Assembly: GCA_000002435.2 (NCBI GenBank)
Contig: CM018790.1
Origin: Giardia intestinalis
Lineage: Eukaryota
Direction: 5' to 3' (one strand)
DNA: 64,000 nt
Notes under the pieces: generated by a model
Database searches by the model: none
Seen by the model: only the letters and a program-made list of their open reading frames with translations
Told to the model about the DNA's origin: nothing
Part shown: piece by piece, positions 1 to 9,925 of the stretch
How the letters are laid out: the number at the start of each line of letters is the position of its first letter
Position numbering within the stretch: the first letter of the stretch is position 1
Made by a program: the position numbers and the translations under genes

Positions 1-1278
1 GAAGCCTCCAAGAAGGTCCAAGGCATCTTTACTAATCATATCTTGATAAACCCTGACGCTGAGCACTCCCCGCTTTTCTCAGTAGAGGACCTTAATATCT
101 GTTTTATCAAGCATACAGACTGTTATTTGGTGGCTGCAAGTAGTACCAATGCAGATATCAATTCTGCTACCGCGTTCTCCATACTACATTCGCTGGTCAC
201 CGTCCTAGACACCTTTCTTGACGGATTCACGAGCGCTCGCAAACTAGAATTGAACATAGTGGTCGTTCTGCGTGTCCTTGCAGAGTGTTCGAGCAACGGA
301 CAGATCTTTAACTTTGACCTCTCGTTCCTGCAGAACTTAGCACGGCCAACACAGGTTTACGATACCTCTCGCAGCACAGGGAGTGTCGTTGTCCGAAAAA
401 CGACCTTCCACCCTTCTCCAGTTTGGTCCCGTGAAAGACCTGCTCCGCTGACGTCATATGACGAGAACGAAATTGAGTTTACTATTTCTGAGCGAGCGGA
501 TGTGGTGGTCGATCTGACAGGTAATAAGGTAGAATCCTGCGTCGTCTTGGGGGCTGTTAATGCCACTGTGCACCTTGTCAACTCTCCAGAGATCACGGTC
601 ACCCTTTCGGATAACGTTAACATCAGCCAAGTACCCTCAAGTAAGCAAGCCAAGGGCGTTGCTGCCCAATCCCAGGCTTCAATTGAGCTATGTGATGTGC
701 AGCTGCATAGAAGCGTTGACATAGCTAAGTTTCACATAGCTAAGAAGCTAGTATTCGTCCCCGTTGAAGAGGAGTTTAGGCTCTTCTCGTACAGGCTCAA
801 TAAGGTCGATTCAGCGCCCATCCTCTGCATTGTCACCAACAGATCCAATCCCCAAAAGCCGCTGGAGCGCGAATACCATTTGAAGTTAGAAACGCTTTAT
901 CCCAGTAGGATCATTTCAAAGCAGATTGTCATTTCTGTGCCTGTCATGATGAACATAGACTCGCCCAAATTGCAGACACGTCGCGGGATCATGAAGTATT
1001 GCCCTCATGAGCAAGTTGTCAAGTGGATCCTTGAGTCTCTTCCTGGGAAGCAGATATTTAAGGCGTTATTAAACTTTGGTGTACCTAGCAGACATAAGGA
1101 TCAGCTGGGTTGTGATGCTACGTCGCTGCGGCCTATTGTGATAGAATACACTATACCCTACCACCACATTAGCGGTCTGAATATAGACAAGTGCGTGGTT
1201 GACGCGGATTATAGTCCTGAAGTCACTGTTACCAAGTCACTGACTGGAATGGTTGTCATAAAACACACCATCGTGTAG
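1..1278 (+). CDS. Adaptor-protein (AP) complex mu/medium subunit, 5' end lies outside window
   Basis: The frame is open from nt 1. The track start at 43 is a TTG, and the upstream in-frame codons read EASKKVQGIF. A longin-like N-terminal segment (ICFIKHTDCYLVAASSTNADINSATAFSILHSLVTVLDTFLDGF) resembles AP mu/sigma N-termini. It is followed by about 260 aa of beta-rich mu-homology-like sequence. Total size of about 430 aa fits a mu subunit. Confidence 0.55.
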   Translation, partial: EASKKVQGIFTNHILINPDAEHSPLFSVEDLNICFIKHTDCYLVAASSTNADINSATAFSILHSLVTVLDTFLDGFTSARKLELNIVVVLRVLAECSSNGQIFNFDLSFLQNLARPTQVYDTSRSTGSVVVRKTTFHPSPVWSRERPAPLTSYDENEIEFTISERADVVVDLTGNKVESCVVLGAVNATVHLVNSPEITVTLSDNVNISQVPSSKQAKGVAAQSQASIELCDVQLHRSVDIAKFHIAKKLVFVPVEEEFRLFSYRLNKVDSAPILCIVTNRSNPQKPLEREYHLKLETLYPSRIISKQIVISVPVMMNIDSPKLQTRRGIMKYCPHEQVVKWILESLPGKQIFKALLNFGVPSRHKDQLGCDATSLRPIVIEYTIPYHHISGLNIDKCVVDADYSPEVTVTKSLTGMVVIKHTIV

Positions 1279-1452
1279 GTCTCTTCAGGTGCTTCTGCTC
1301 ATCATCTGAACTTTTGTACACTCCATCTACTTTACCAACGTCTGCACTTTACCTGCAGCCTCATCTCGCCCGCATCCATTCACTCTGCATCAGCTGTTTG
1401 AAAACTGAAAATTCCATCTTGTGCACGGATCCACAAGGTCCTTAGAAGTCGT

Positions 1453-1665
1453 CTACTTATTAGGCTGTGCATCGGGGGCCTGCAGGAGCGGCTTTTTCCT
1501 ATTGTTACTTAAAAACCACTGGCCAAGCCACAGCAACGGCTTGACAGGCCTCTCTTTAGCCAAGGCTATGGCGCCCTCATTGAGGTAGTGAATCATGTTT
1601 TGCTCAGATATATATTCCTGAATCTCTGCGTCTTCATACTCAACACCGGTGATGTAATCCGTCAT
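1453..1665 (-). CDS. DPY-30 domain protein (about 70 aa from first ATG; track ORF extends to 1686 with TTG)
   Basis: IHYLNEGAIALAKERPVKPLLWLGQWFLSNN matches the DPY-30 dimerisation/docking motif (LAKERPxNPIxFLAxYLL). The first ATG is codon 8 of the track ORF (CAT at 1663-1665 on the + strand). Confidence 0.5.
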   Translation of the reverse strand: MTDYITGVEYEDAEIQEYISEQNMIHYLNEGAIALAKERPVKPLLWLGQWFLSNNRKKPLLQAPDAQPNK

Positions 1666-1764
1666 CTTAATTTTCAAAAAAATCAAAAAAGTTAAAAAAG
1701 TTCCCGGATTTTTTTATCTTCTGCATGGAGGCAAAAGGTTGGTTTGCCGACTACTGAGGGGTTC

Positions 1765-4700
1765 CTAGGAAGTGGAAGAGCTAGAAAAAACCTCTTTGAC
1801 AAGTCCGTGAGAAACTCTACGGGCTTCCGCGGGTGAAAGTCCAAAGTACCTTAGGGTATTTTCTGTATCACCGGCTGGGGATAGCCCGTGATACAGCGCA
1901 AGATCGGCACATAAGGCATCATGGGAATCCTGTGCACCTTGAATGCTTTGCTCGTCCGTAGCACTAGCGATGTTCACTAAGCTAGTGAAGATGTTTTCCG
2001 CTAAATCTGCCACCCTCTTCGGTTTGTGGTATTCTTTAAGTGCCATTTTAATGATCTCATCGCATATTGCCTGGGACAATCCGAAGATACTTTGTCCAAA
2101 AATTCTGCTTGCGCCACCGCTCTGAGCCTCCAAAAATCGCACCATATTGAACTCCGATGAGCTGTCGGCAGATCCGCGAGCAGAGCAGACAATAGAGTTC
2201 CTTGTACTAGGGGCTGTACTCTTGTTTGCATCTGCGTGACCTTCCTGCCTTTTTCTTTTGTATTTAACTTTGATGACCACGCGTGCCCTTCCGTTGGAGT
2301 CTTGATAGTATTGGCCAGCATCTTCATCTCCATGATCTGACTCCGAGATGTAGCATATTAAGTCGCCAGTCTCCTGGTCAAACCTCCTGTAGTGTCGACG
2401 CACGCTCCCGTCCTCGGCCTCTTCTAGTGAATACTCTCTATCTTCGTAGGTATAGTCTACGTCGTCTTCAACAGCATCTACTTCACTGACTTCCTTTTGA
2501 TCGGACGTCTCTACAAATGGCGTCCGAGTACTGAGTTTAGCCATAGCTTTGTTCGCATAATATACTAGAATATCGTCAGAATGTGGGATTGGCCTCATTA
2601 GGCCATCTGAGCCTCTCACCAGGTGGCGCCTAGTTACCGAACGGCCTCCAACAATGATGTCCAGTTCTGAGGCAGTTTTCTCTATTTTGGATAATTCATA
2701 ATTTGCTGCTCTTGCCTTAATTAAGTGCTCCTTCAAATCAAACGGTTTCTGATTACCTGTCTTACCAGCCTGTTCAAAGAATGCATAGCTCATGTGATTT
2801 GCCTTTCTACCCGACTGTGCTACCTTCTGTAGCGCAAGATTGATGTCATCCCCTGATTGACGTGTAACGTATTTCAAGTATTGTAGTAGCTCACTCTCAA
2901 GTAATTCTAAATCTATCATAGATGGATCGTCATGCACACTCTTGTACATATCAGAGCTGTCTGCATGTGACGCCAGTAACTCTGGTCCTGATTCTAGTGG
3001 TTGGAGCATGTTGGAGGCCATTCTTCCACGAAGACAATTACGCTGAACTGATTTTGGTGCTCTGAATTGGGGATCGGGAGCAGGATGGGATTTGTCTCTC
3101 CGCATGATCAATAGATCTGTCAGTTCTATTGTAGAAATCGTCTGTATTGGGCCAATTCTTTCAGTTCCGGATGCTTTGACGGCTGGGTTTTGAGACACAT
3201 CGTTGTTAGCATCGCATGCCAGCAGCATATAAAAGACTGGATCACTGTTCCCCCAAGTGTCAAATGAAACTTGGATCGTACCTTTTGATGGAAGTTTTTC
3301 AATCTGCACGGGGAAGTACTCGACGGGGTCCTTTGGAGGGGCTTCTACTTCTGCCAACGACGGGACGTGCTGCTTAGACCGTTGAAACACTTGCTTTCGG
3401 AGATTAGTGGTCGATTTTGTAGCCATGCTCTTACGCAGATTGATTGATTTAGATGTGCTTGTTTGAATAGAATGGATATCACCCTCTGCAGCATTTAGCT
3501 TTAAATGGAGATCTGATAGTTTTGTGGTCATGCTGCTTACTAAGTTAGCACAGGCCGTTTGATCGGATTTCTCAAGACCTGGTGGTCTCCAACTTGAGTT
3601 GGTTGTGCTCCGTGACAAGTTAATGCAAAAATCGTGCTCTACACGTCCTCCTTTTTTATCTGAAATGTCCCTTGACGTGTAAATTGGAGTTCCACAAAGT
3701 GAGTGTTTAGAAAAGCGCTGGCGAACCTCACTCAAGGAAATATCAACGATGTGTTGGGCGACTACCTCGTTAAGCTGCACTATATCTAGGTTGGCTGACG
3801 GCACTCCACTCTTTGCTGGACAGATACCATTTCCTCCTACTGCACTACTTCTTGTCTGTACCGGTGTACTTATGGATCTCACAGAGCCATCTGCTTTACC
3901 TTGGGGCCTTGCAAGTATTGTTGCATGGTTGTTCATTAACTCTCTAAAGGGAATCCGTCGTATGGGATTGCTTCTGTCACGGAGGAGATTGTAGCGTATC
4001 AGTATATGAGGGACAGTTCGTGGAGATCCAACATCCACGTTAGTGAGTAGCTCCAAGTTTGTATCCGCCAAATCAGCACGGCAAATGCGCATAAGGTCAT
4101 CGTCACTGACTAGGTTGTGGAGTCCACGTAAGTTGGCATGAGTGCGTAGTCTCGTTATGTGCGGGTCATTGTGTCCTCCAGAGTCGCTAGATGTGTGAGG
4201 AGTCGTTCCAGTTGCTTTTAGATGCTCCAAGCGAAGCTCTTCTGCCTTTGAGGAGGCGTGTTGGGTGCTGCTGGTTGGGCTGGAAAGGGCATATCTGTCA
4301 CGTAGGTCTTGCTTGTCTGTGGATGACATTGTGCTTGAAAAGGAATGATCACACTGCTCTGCAGCAGCAGCTTGAGCAAGTCTTGTTGGCAATCGCTGTG
4401 TCCTGTTTTCCTTTTTGTCGAATTGTTGCGGCTGTGATAGTGGCGGCGGTGGCGGTGGCGGTGATTTCGATGATGATAATAAAGGTGATAAGTTGGGACT
4501 TGGAAGGGGAAGAGCCATACGTGTGGTTTTCTCTGTGGCAGCATCCAGGGAGGACACGATGGGCATAAGAGCTGAGGAAGATACAGCGGGGGGAGATTTT
4601 TCCACTGCTGGTTCTGAAGTAGAATCTGTTTCCATAGCTTGCTGCGAGTCTCCTACCAATTTATGGCGACATAGTTTTATGTGCGATGACAGCTTCATAA

Positions 4701-6267
4701 ATAGATCTTTATTAGACAGTGTTTTGTTTTGGGGTTGGCGCCATACAACAAAATACAAATTAGTTGCGTTATTCTGTTTGACACCCACAGAGATAGTATA
4801 ACTTTTAACATAATGAAGCGGCTTTTTCAAAGGCTGTACTTTTGATCTATCAAGTTGAGGATTTAGTTTTGCGTGCAGATCCCTGTACGTTAAAGGATGA
4901 TCAGTGTTCGCTTGCTTTATGGAATGCTTGTCATCTACAGCAGATTTAGGACTAGCTTCATTCGTCTCTCCAGCTAAATCGGTTTCAGAAGGTATGTCTG
5001 CCACGCAACCGCTGATAACAGGACCAACATATGTGTTACGTAGTACTTGTATCCCTCTCTGAAGCACTATGCTCCCGGGCTTTTGAGATATACCCAGATT
5101 TCGCGCCAAAACAGACCATTCACGTGTGTTGTAAGAATCTGCCTTTTCTAACAACTGTGATTCTTCCAAGGATATGACTCCTAGGCCCACCATTGTGTAT
5201 AGATATCTGACGAGGAGGATGACATATTGCCGTCCACGTATGGTATGATCAAATACGGCTTCTGTCGATAGGAGTGCAGCTAGCTTTGCAAAGAGAGGGA
5301 CCACAAAGCTTCGGGTAACCTCTCGGAGTAAGGGATACACCTCTATGAGAGTTCTAGATCTTATGTCTGCGTTGAATAACCGCGTAATGTAGGAGAGGAC
5401 TAGAATGGTATAGTTGGCATTACTAAGTAAATTAATTAGAGCCAACAGGAGGATGCGCAGGTCAACCATCCCTATCACAGCCTCTGCGAAGTAAATTAGC
5501 TGGTCTCTGTCCAGGATTGTAGCCGTTGCATACGATAACAGCTTAAGGAGATCGTTAATACTCTTAAGTACTACATCGATGTCTGTGCTCTGCGTGCTGG
5601 CATAAAGAGACCTAATATGCATAGGCCATCTGACCTTAATCTGAAAGAGCTCGGCACGGAGAGCGTCTGCGCTGCTGGCGTTAAGCAGAGAAGATAATGC
5701 GCCGTCGATCACGGCGTTCCTTTTGATATTAAGTGAAATTGACGCCATTGTAGATTTTGTTTGCTCGTCAAGTTGAAAAATGTTATTAATCCCTCCAATA
5801 TCACGTAAAATTTCATCATACTCAGCTCCTGAAACTAGATGCCCTATTTTATTTGTGAGATGCTTCTTGTGCCTGAACTGTGGGGACGCATCTTTGACCA
5901 TATGAAAATCGCCATGTTGATCTGAAACTGGCTCTGCACCCAAGTCTCGCAGCTGTCTACCATACTGAACTGTGGATCCAAAATACAGTTGGCCACTATA
6001 GCCATTAACGAGCTCTCGAAACGCGGGCCGAACAACTTGACAAGATACGTCTGCATAATTTTGTGGTTGACTATTACTACGCAATCTAGTTCTATTAATG
6101 GTTCGCAGATTGCTACAAGGGTCTCGTTGCTGGAGAGAACAAGCCCGCTTCCCAAGCTGCTTAAGGCCCTGAGACAGCCGCACTGCCTGCTTAGGATGTT
6201 TCATTGGAGGTTTATGAATATGCAGCACCACCTCATCCTGCTTGACATTGATGTAGTGAGCAAACAT
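1765..6267 (-). CDS. Large hypothetical protein (1500 aa) with central Pro/Ser-rich low-complexity region; no domain recognised
   Basis: Uninterrupted 4.5-kb ORF with an ATG at 6267 and an alternative ATG at 6204. It contains a poly-Pro run (SPPPPPPPLS; the ggcggtggcggtggcg repeat at 4440-4470 on the + strand). Its stop abuts the DPY-30 gene region. Confidence 0.55.
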   Translation of the reverse strand: MFAHYINVKQDEVVLHIHKPPMKHPKQAVRLSQGLKQLGKRACSLQQRDPCSNLRTINRTRLRSNSQPQNYADVSCQVVRPAFRELVNGYSGQLYFGSTVQYGRQLRDLGAEPVSDQHGDFHMVKDASPQFRHKKHLTNKIGHLVSGAEYDEILRDIGGINNIFQLDEQTKSTMASISLNIKRNAVIDGALSSLLNASSADALRAELFQIKVRWPMHIRSLYASTQSTDIDVVLKSINDLLKLLSYATATILDRDQLIYFAEAVIGMVDLRILLLALINLLSNANYTILVLSYITRLFNADIRSRTLIEVYPLLREVTRSFVVPLFAKLAALLSTEAVFDHTIRGRQYVILLVRYLYTMVGLGVISLEESQLLEKADSYNTREWSVLARNLGISQKPGSIVLQRGIQVLRNTYVGPVISGCVADIPSETDLAGETNEASPKSAVDDKHSIKQANTDHPLTYRDLHAKLNPQLDRSKVQPLKKPLHYVKSYTISVGVKQNNATNLYFVVWRQPQNKTLSNKDLFMKLSSHIKLCRHKLVGDSQQAMETDSTSEPAVEKSPPAVSSSALMPIVSSLDAATEKTTRMALPLPSPNLSPLLSSSKSPPPPPPPLSQPQQFDKKENRTQRLPTRLAQAAAAEQCDHSFSSTMSSTDKQDLRDRYALSSPTSSTQHASSKAEELRLEHLKATGTTPHTSSDSGGHNDPHITRLRTHANLRGLHNLVSDDDLMRICRADLADTNLELLTNVDVGSPRTVPHILIRYNLLRDRSNPIRRIPFRELMNNHATILARPQGKADGSVRSISTPVQTRSSAVGGNGICPAKSGVPSANLDIVQLNEVVAQHIVDISLSEVRQRFSKHSLCGTPIYTSRDISDKKGGRVEHDFCINLSRSTTNSSWRPPGLEKSDQTACANLVSSMTTKLSDLHLKLNAAEGDIHSIQTSTSKSINLRKSMATKSTTNLRKQVFQRSKQHVPSLAEVEAPPKDPVEYFPVQIEKLPSKGTIQVSFDTWGNSDPVFYMLLACDANNDVSQNPAVKASGTERIGPIQTISTIELTDLLIMRRDKSHPAPDPQFRAPKSVQRNCLRGRMASNMLQPLESGPELLASHADSSDMYKSVHDDPSMIDLELLESELLQYLKYVTRQSGDDINLALQKVAQSGRKANHMSYAFFEQAGKTGNQKPFDLKEHLIKARAANYELSKIEKTASELDIIVGGRSVTRRHLVRGSDGLMRPIPHSDDILVYYANKAMAKLSTRTPFVETSDQKEVSEVDAVEDDVDYTYEDREYSLEEAEDGSVRRHYRRFDQETGDLICYISESDHGDEDAGQYYQDSNGRARVVIKVKYKRKRQEGHADANKSTAPSTRNSIVCSARGSADSSSEFNMVRFLEAQSGGASRIFGQSIFGLSQAICDEIIKMALKEYHKPKRVADLAENIFTSLVNIASATDEQSIQGAQDSHDALCADLALYHGLSPAGDTENTLRYFGLSPAEARRVSHGLVKEVFSSSSTS

Positions 6268-9200
6268 GAGGTGGAGAGTGGGTAGAAGAAATCAAGGCCT
6301 GCGGTTTATAAAATCTCTTTTTGGTATGGCAGAGCTAAGGCTCTCAATACCTCCAGCCGTTCTTCAACAGATGGTTGCTTTGGCTGCTGAGATTACTATT
6401 ATTGAAAATGGTCTCGCTCAAGCACTTACTCTGGCAGACCGAACCAGATTTCGCACATCTACAGAGTTGACTAACTACCTCTCTCATAAGCTAGACAAGC
6501 ACTTCTACACTACCGTTAGCCAGCGGATTGGATTCCAGCGAGCGGCGTTTCTCTCTGCCTCTGCAGCTATGAAAGAAACGGCTGATACCTGTTTCGAAGA
6601 TTGGGGCTCCACCATAGATAGCTTTAAAAGGGGCGTGGAAAAGATACCAGTTCTGCAGGCAGAGATAAAGAGCTTTACAAGCACTACAGAGCATGGGCTG
6701 CAGGAAGACCTAAAGGACATAAAGACGATCAACCAATCTCTTATCAACCAAGAGAAAGAAGCGCACAGTCTCCTTACAGAAAGGATAGCAGCTCTACAAC
6801 AAAAGACTTTGGAAACTATCAAGCCAGTAGGGTCTCTGCACTCTACCATAGATGCGACAAAGGACGAGCTTCGACATCTTAAGTACCAGCAACGGCTACG
6901 GTCCCAAGCCAATGAAGATAAGTTCTCGTCTCTGCGGTCTGCTCTTGATAAAGGGAATTTTCAGGCTATTCGAAGAGACCGGGTATTTAAACAGGCAGAG
7001 TCAGATATTCTGGAAAAGCTCAACCCGCTTCTCTTTCACCATATGTCTGAGGAGAGTAACTCCTCAAAAGAGCAACTACGTAATCTGCACACCACCATCT
7101 CTACTCAGCTGTCTACGCTGCGCGACTGGGAAAACAAGTTGAACGCTATGGCATCAATCTTTACCAGAGATCACTACACTACCGTTAAAAAACCGGTGGA
7201 GAGATCCATTGAATCAATGCGCACTGAAATAGTAGCACAACAAGAGCGCGTAATACTAGACTTACGCTCCATTCGGGATGAGTTGAACAGTGCTTATCTT
7301 GAACACAAGCGCGGAACAGAACTTATTCGCAAAGTCAAGATCGAAATGGACACTATGAAGCAGAAGTGGCATCAGAGTATAGATCTTCTCAAGAAGAAGT
7401 ACATGCTCAACGACTTGGAAGAGTTGCGCCGTATTTACGAGAAGGAGATCCCAGAGGCCTCTAGATCCAAGGCTTTCGAGCTCTGTGCGGATGCTGAGAC
7501 GACACTGGCATCCACTGAGCAGGCTGTTAAGATGTGGAGCGATCTCATGGCCCAAAGGGTCGAGTCAGAAGATGCAAAAATGAAGAAAATGGAGCAGACG
7601 CTTAACAGACTCTTGAGCGAGTTGATTCTAACCACGCACACACGTTCTCTGGGAATAGATGAGTTGAATAGGCGGCTTTCCCACAAGGCCTTCGAGCTAA
7701 CTCAGCTTGTTGGTACCCGCATGGATGACGCTCAGTTCAAGCAAAAACTCGCAGAAAAGGTGAGCAAATCCGATACAGATATAGCATTTGGTGTGTATTG
7801 TCCTGCGGAACACGAAGAACAGGTCATCCCTCAGCCCCCTCGTGGTAGGATTAACGCCAGCAACTCATACCGTCCTCAATCTGCCAATAATATTAATAAG
7901 AAAGTATGGAGCGATAAGAAGATTGCTGAAGATAGCAGATTGCTTCGAGAGTATCAGAATCAGTGTGCACTAAAGAGCGAAGATTTCAGCTTTATCAAAT
8001 ACTTTACAACTGCAATCATGAACGAAAAATCCGGATTAATGAGTGACCCTTCTCTAGCAGATACGGAGTCGACTATATATGCAGGTCCACACGGTAATGC
8101 CGTACTTGATAGCGATCACGTCGCCACACACGTTTTGCAGGTCAGTCCCAGCTTGGTGCAACAGAGGGTTGCAGCCAGCCTAGCTCTCAGGGAGGCTTCT
8201 CAAAAGTCAATCAGCTCTCCGCTACCATTATCAGTCCCATCTGCTATGCCCGCTTCGAGTAAGGAGCAAATAAGGCTGCGCCCCGGAACCGAGGCCCTTT
8301 TCCCCAAGGAAAAAACTGCATCTACCGTATCACTGACTAATATTTACATGGCAGAGTCAGCGAGTGCCTCCCCAACAGAAGCAACCTCGCAGCACCAGCG
8401 ATTAAATCATACGGGTCGGAATCTCCGAGGACGCCGGTCGTACCATGCACGAATAGCACAAACTATTCTGAATGCAAACGAGGATCTAAACAAGCTAACT
8501 GACAGTATCGCCAAAGCAGAACGCGACCTAGAGGAAGCTGAAAGCAAGCGAGCCATAAATGCCGATTTGACCGGCATCAGAGTCAGAACGCGAGCTACCT
8601 CCGAAGGCATATCATCAAGGCACCAGCAGGTGATGTCTGTGCCCTCAAGCGTGCACGGAAGAAGTCGCTCTGGTAAGGTGGTATCCGCTGGCACTGAAAC
8701 GTCTCTGCTGCACGAAGATGATAAAGCCGTGATTTTCACAACCAGTGACATCAATCCAGAGGTCTTAGCGTATAGCAAATCGGAATCTAAAGATAATTAT
8801 AGAGCACAGAGATATCCTGATGGCATTAACCCCCGAACAGGTCTCTTCGAGGAAATTTCACCGTTCGAATATCAACAGCCCAGGGTAAAACATAGCACGG
8901 TCACAAAATCTACTCCTTCGTTGCCGGCCATGCCAGAAGAACTTGTGATTGTCAGTCACACTCTGGGGAAGGATCAGAATAGACAGCGACAACAGTTGAA
9001 CGCTCGACGCACAGTGCGCTCTGCTGTTCCCGTTGGCGAGCAATATCTGTTGAAGCAGTGTGAACCCCCACTAACCACCTCTATGGACGATATCTACGTT
9101 GAATCTGTCAATACCAACAAAGAGAGTGGCCTTACTAGCGCAGAGGCTAACAAGTTACCGAGAGCATACAGCGCCAATGCGGCTTTGAAAGCTAAAAGAG

Positions 9201-9487
9201 ATCTAGCTACTAACTCGCTTCTTGGCGATGAACCAGATAAGCTGGGGGCCTTTTTGACCATGGGCAACCCAGGGAGAGAATGCCTCCCTAAAATACTGGG
9301 CGGAATCATGGGCACACCGGTGCGCCTACCAGCGTCAAGACAAAGAAATCCGTCAAGGCAATCATGGGAAGAAAAAGCTCTTCGGCGGCTATCCCATGCT
9401 AGAGCAGAAGATCCCGCTACCAAATCAACAATCGACAACACCGAAAAGGTTCTGCGAGAGGCTGAAAAAGCTATTCACCAAGACTAA
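6266..9487 (+). CDS. Coiled-coil protein (1073 aa; alternative ATG at 6326 gives 1053 aa)
   Basis: Long ORF. The N-terminal 500 aa are rich in heptad-like charged repeats (e.g. LRHLKYQQRLRSQANEDK, KQKWHQSIDLLKKKYMLNDLEELRRIYEKE). The C-terminal half is Ser/Thr-rich. The ATG at 6266 overlaps the CAT of the divergent gene (CATG at 6265-6268). The ATG at 6326 is preceded by AT-rich tttataaaatctctttttggt. Confidence 0.55.
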   Translation: MRWRVGRRNQGLRFIKSLFGMAELRLSIPPAVLQQMVALAAEITIIENGLAQALTLADRTRFRTSTELTNYLSHKLDKHFYTTVSQRIGFQRAAFLSASAAMKETADTCFEDWGSTIDSFKRGVEKIPVLQAEIKSFTSTTEHGLQEDLKDIKTINQSLINQEKEAHSLLTERIAALQQKTLETIKPVGSLHSTIDATKDELRHLKYQQRLRSQANEDKFSSLRSALDKGNFQAIRRDRVFKQAESDILEKLNPLLFHHMSEESNSSKEQLRNLHTTISTQLSTLRDWENKLNAMASIFTRDHYTTVKKPVERSIESMRTEIVAQQERVILDLRSIRDELNSAYLEHKRGTELIRKVKIEMDTMKQKWHQSIDLLKKKYMLNDLEELRRIYEKEIPEASRSKAFELCADAETTLASTEQAVKMWSDLMAQRVESEDAKMKKMEQTLNRLLSELILTTHTRSLGIDELNRRLSHKAFELTQLVGTRMDDAQFKQKLAEKVSKSDTDIAFGVYCPAEHEEQVIPQPPRGRINASNSYRPQSANNINKKVWSDKKIAEDSRLLREYQNQCALKSEDFSFIKYFTTAIMNEKSGLMSDPSLADTESTIYAGPHGNAVLDSDHVATHVLQVSPSLVQQRVAASLALREASQKSISSPLPLSVPSAMPASSKEQIRLRPGTEALFPKEKTASTVSLTNIYMAESASASPTEATSQHQRLNHTGRNLRGRRSYHARIAQTILNANEDLNKLTDSIAKAERDLEEAESKRAINADLTGIRVRTRATSEGISSRHQQVMSVPSSVHGRSRSGKVVSAGTETSLLHEDDKAVIFTTSDINPEVLAYSKSESKDNYRAQRYPDGINPRTGLFEEISPFEYQQPRVKHSTVTKSTPSLPAMPEELVIVSHTLGKDQNRQRQQLNARRTVRSAVPVGEQYLLKQCEPPLTTSMDDIYVESVNTNKESGLTSAEANKLPRAYSANAALKAKRDLATNSLLGDEPDKLGAFLTMGNPGRECLPKILGGIMGTPVRLPASRQRNPSRQSWEEKALRRLSHARAEDPATKSTIDNTEKVLREAEKAIHQD

Positions 9488-9505
9488 ATCTGAGGTGAAA
9501 AATAA

Positions 9506-9925
9506 ATGCCCCCTGTCATTGCTTCGAACTTTGCTGTGAGCGGAGCGAACGATTATGTGACCACATCCAATGGCAGTGACTCCCGCCTGGACTGCACAGT
9601 TCCTTCTATTGCTCCAGCCGTTGACTTGGAAGGTTATGAGGGTACTACGTGGAGAGCCTGCGAAGATCTATCCAAAAGCGATCTAGTAAGTCCTCTGCGG
9701 ATTTTTGATGAAATACCACTGGCATCGATGCCACTAGTACGGATATTGTCGCCGGAATCTTTCTACCGTTCTTGCTTCAAAACAACCACGTCTATCACCT
9801 CTCCTAAGCCTCCCGCACGGCAAAGAAGCATGCTTCCAGACGATAGCGACGTCTCAGACATAACGTATGGTCACCAAAAGAACCGCCTCCCAGATCTATC
9901 ATGGCGCTTCAAGCCTATTCTTTAG
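9506..9925 (+). CDS. Small Ser/Pro-rich ORF (139 aa), possible gene in a 412-bp convergent gap
   Basis: ATG at 9506 preceded by the AT-rich gaaaaataa. No recognisable domain. It overlaps the 3' end of the minus-strand gene by 27 nt. It could be spurious. Confidence 0.25.
   Translation: MPPVIASNFAVSGANDYVTTSNGSDSRLDCTVPSIAPAVDLEGYEGTTWRACEDLSKSDLVSPLRIFDEIPLASMPLVRILSPESFYRSCFKTTTSITSPKPPARQRSMLPDDSDVSDITYGHQKNRLPDLSWRFKPIL

Noticed and set aside
357-722. Antisense or alternative-frame ORFs inside long genes (357-722, 2001-2333, 4218-4544, 6505-6912, 8407-8778, 47114-47665, 50015-50368 and similar)
   Set aside because: They are short and composition-driven, nested in well-supported genes on the opposite strand or in another frame. 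There is no motif support.
1279-1452. tRNA or other small RNA genes in the few ORF-free spacers (1279-1452, 13056-13311, 22601-22866, 50703-50908, 58104-58357)
   Set aside because: I scanned by eye for T-loop-like GTTCGA/GTTCAA with appropriate flanking stems and found none. Without a covariance-model search I cannot exclude small ncRNAs, so none is reported.
1765-6267. TBC/RabGAP or DENN domain assignment for the 1500-aa protein
   Set aside because: I could not find the diagnostic IxxDxxR and YxQ motifs or any convincing block alignment. It is left as hypothetical.
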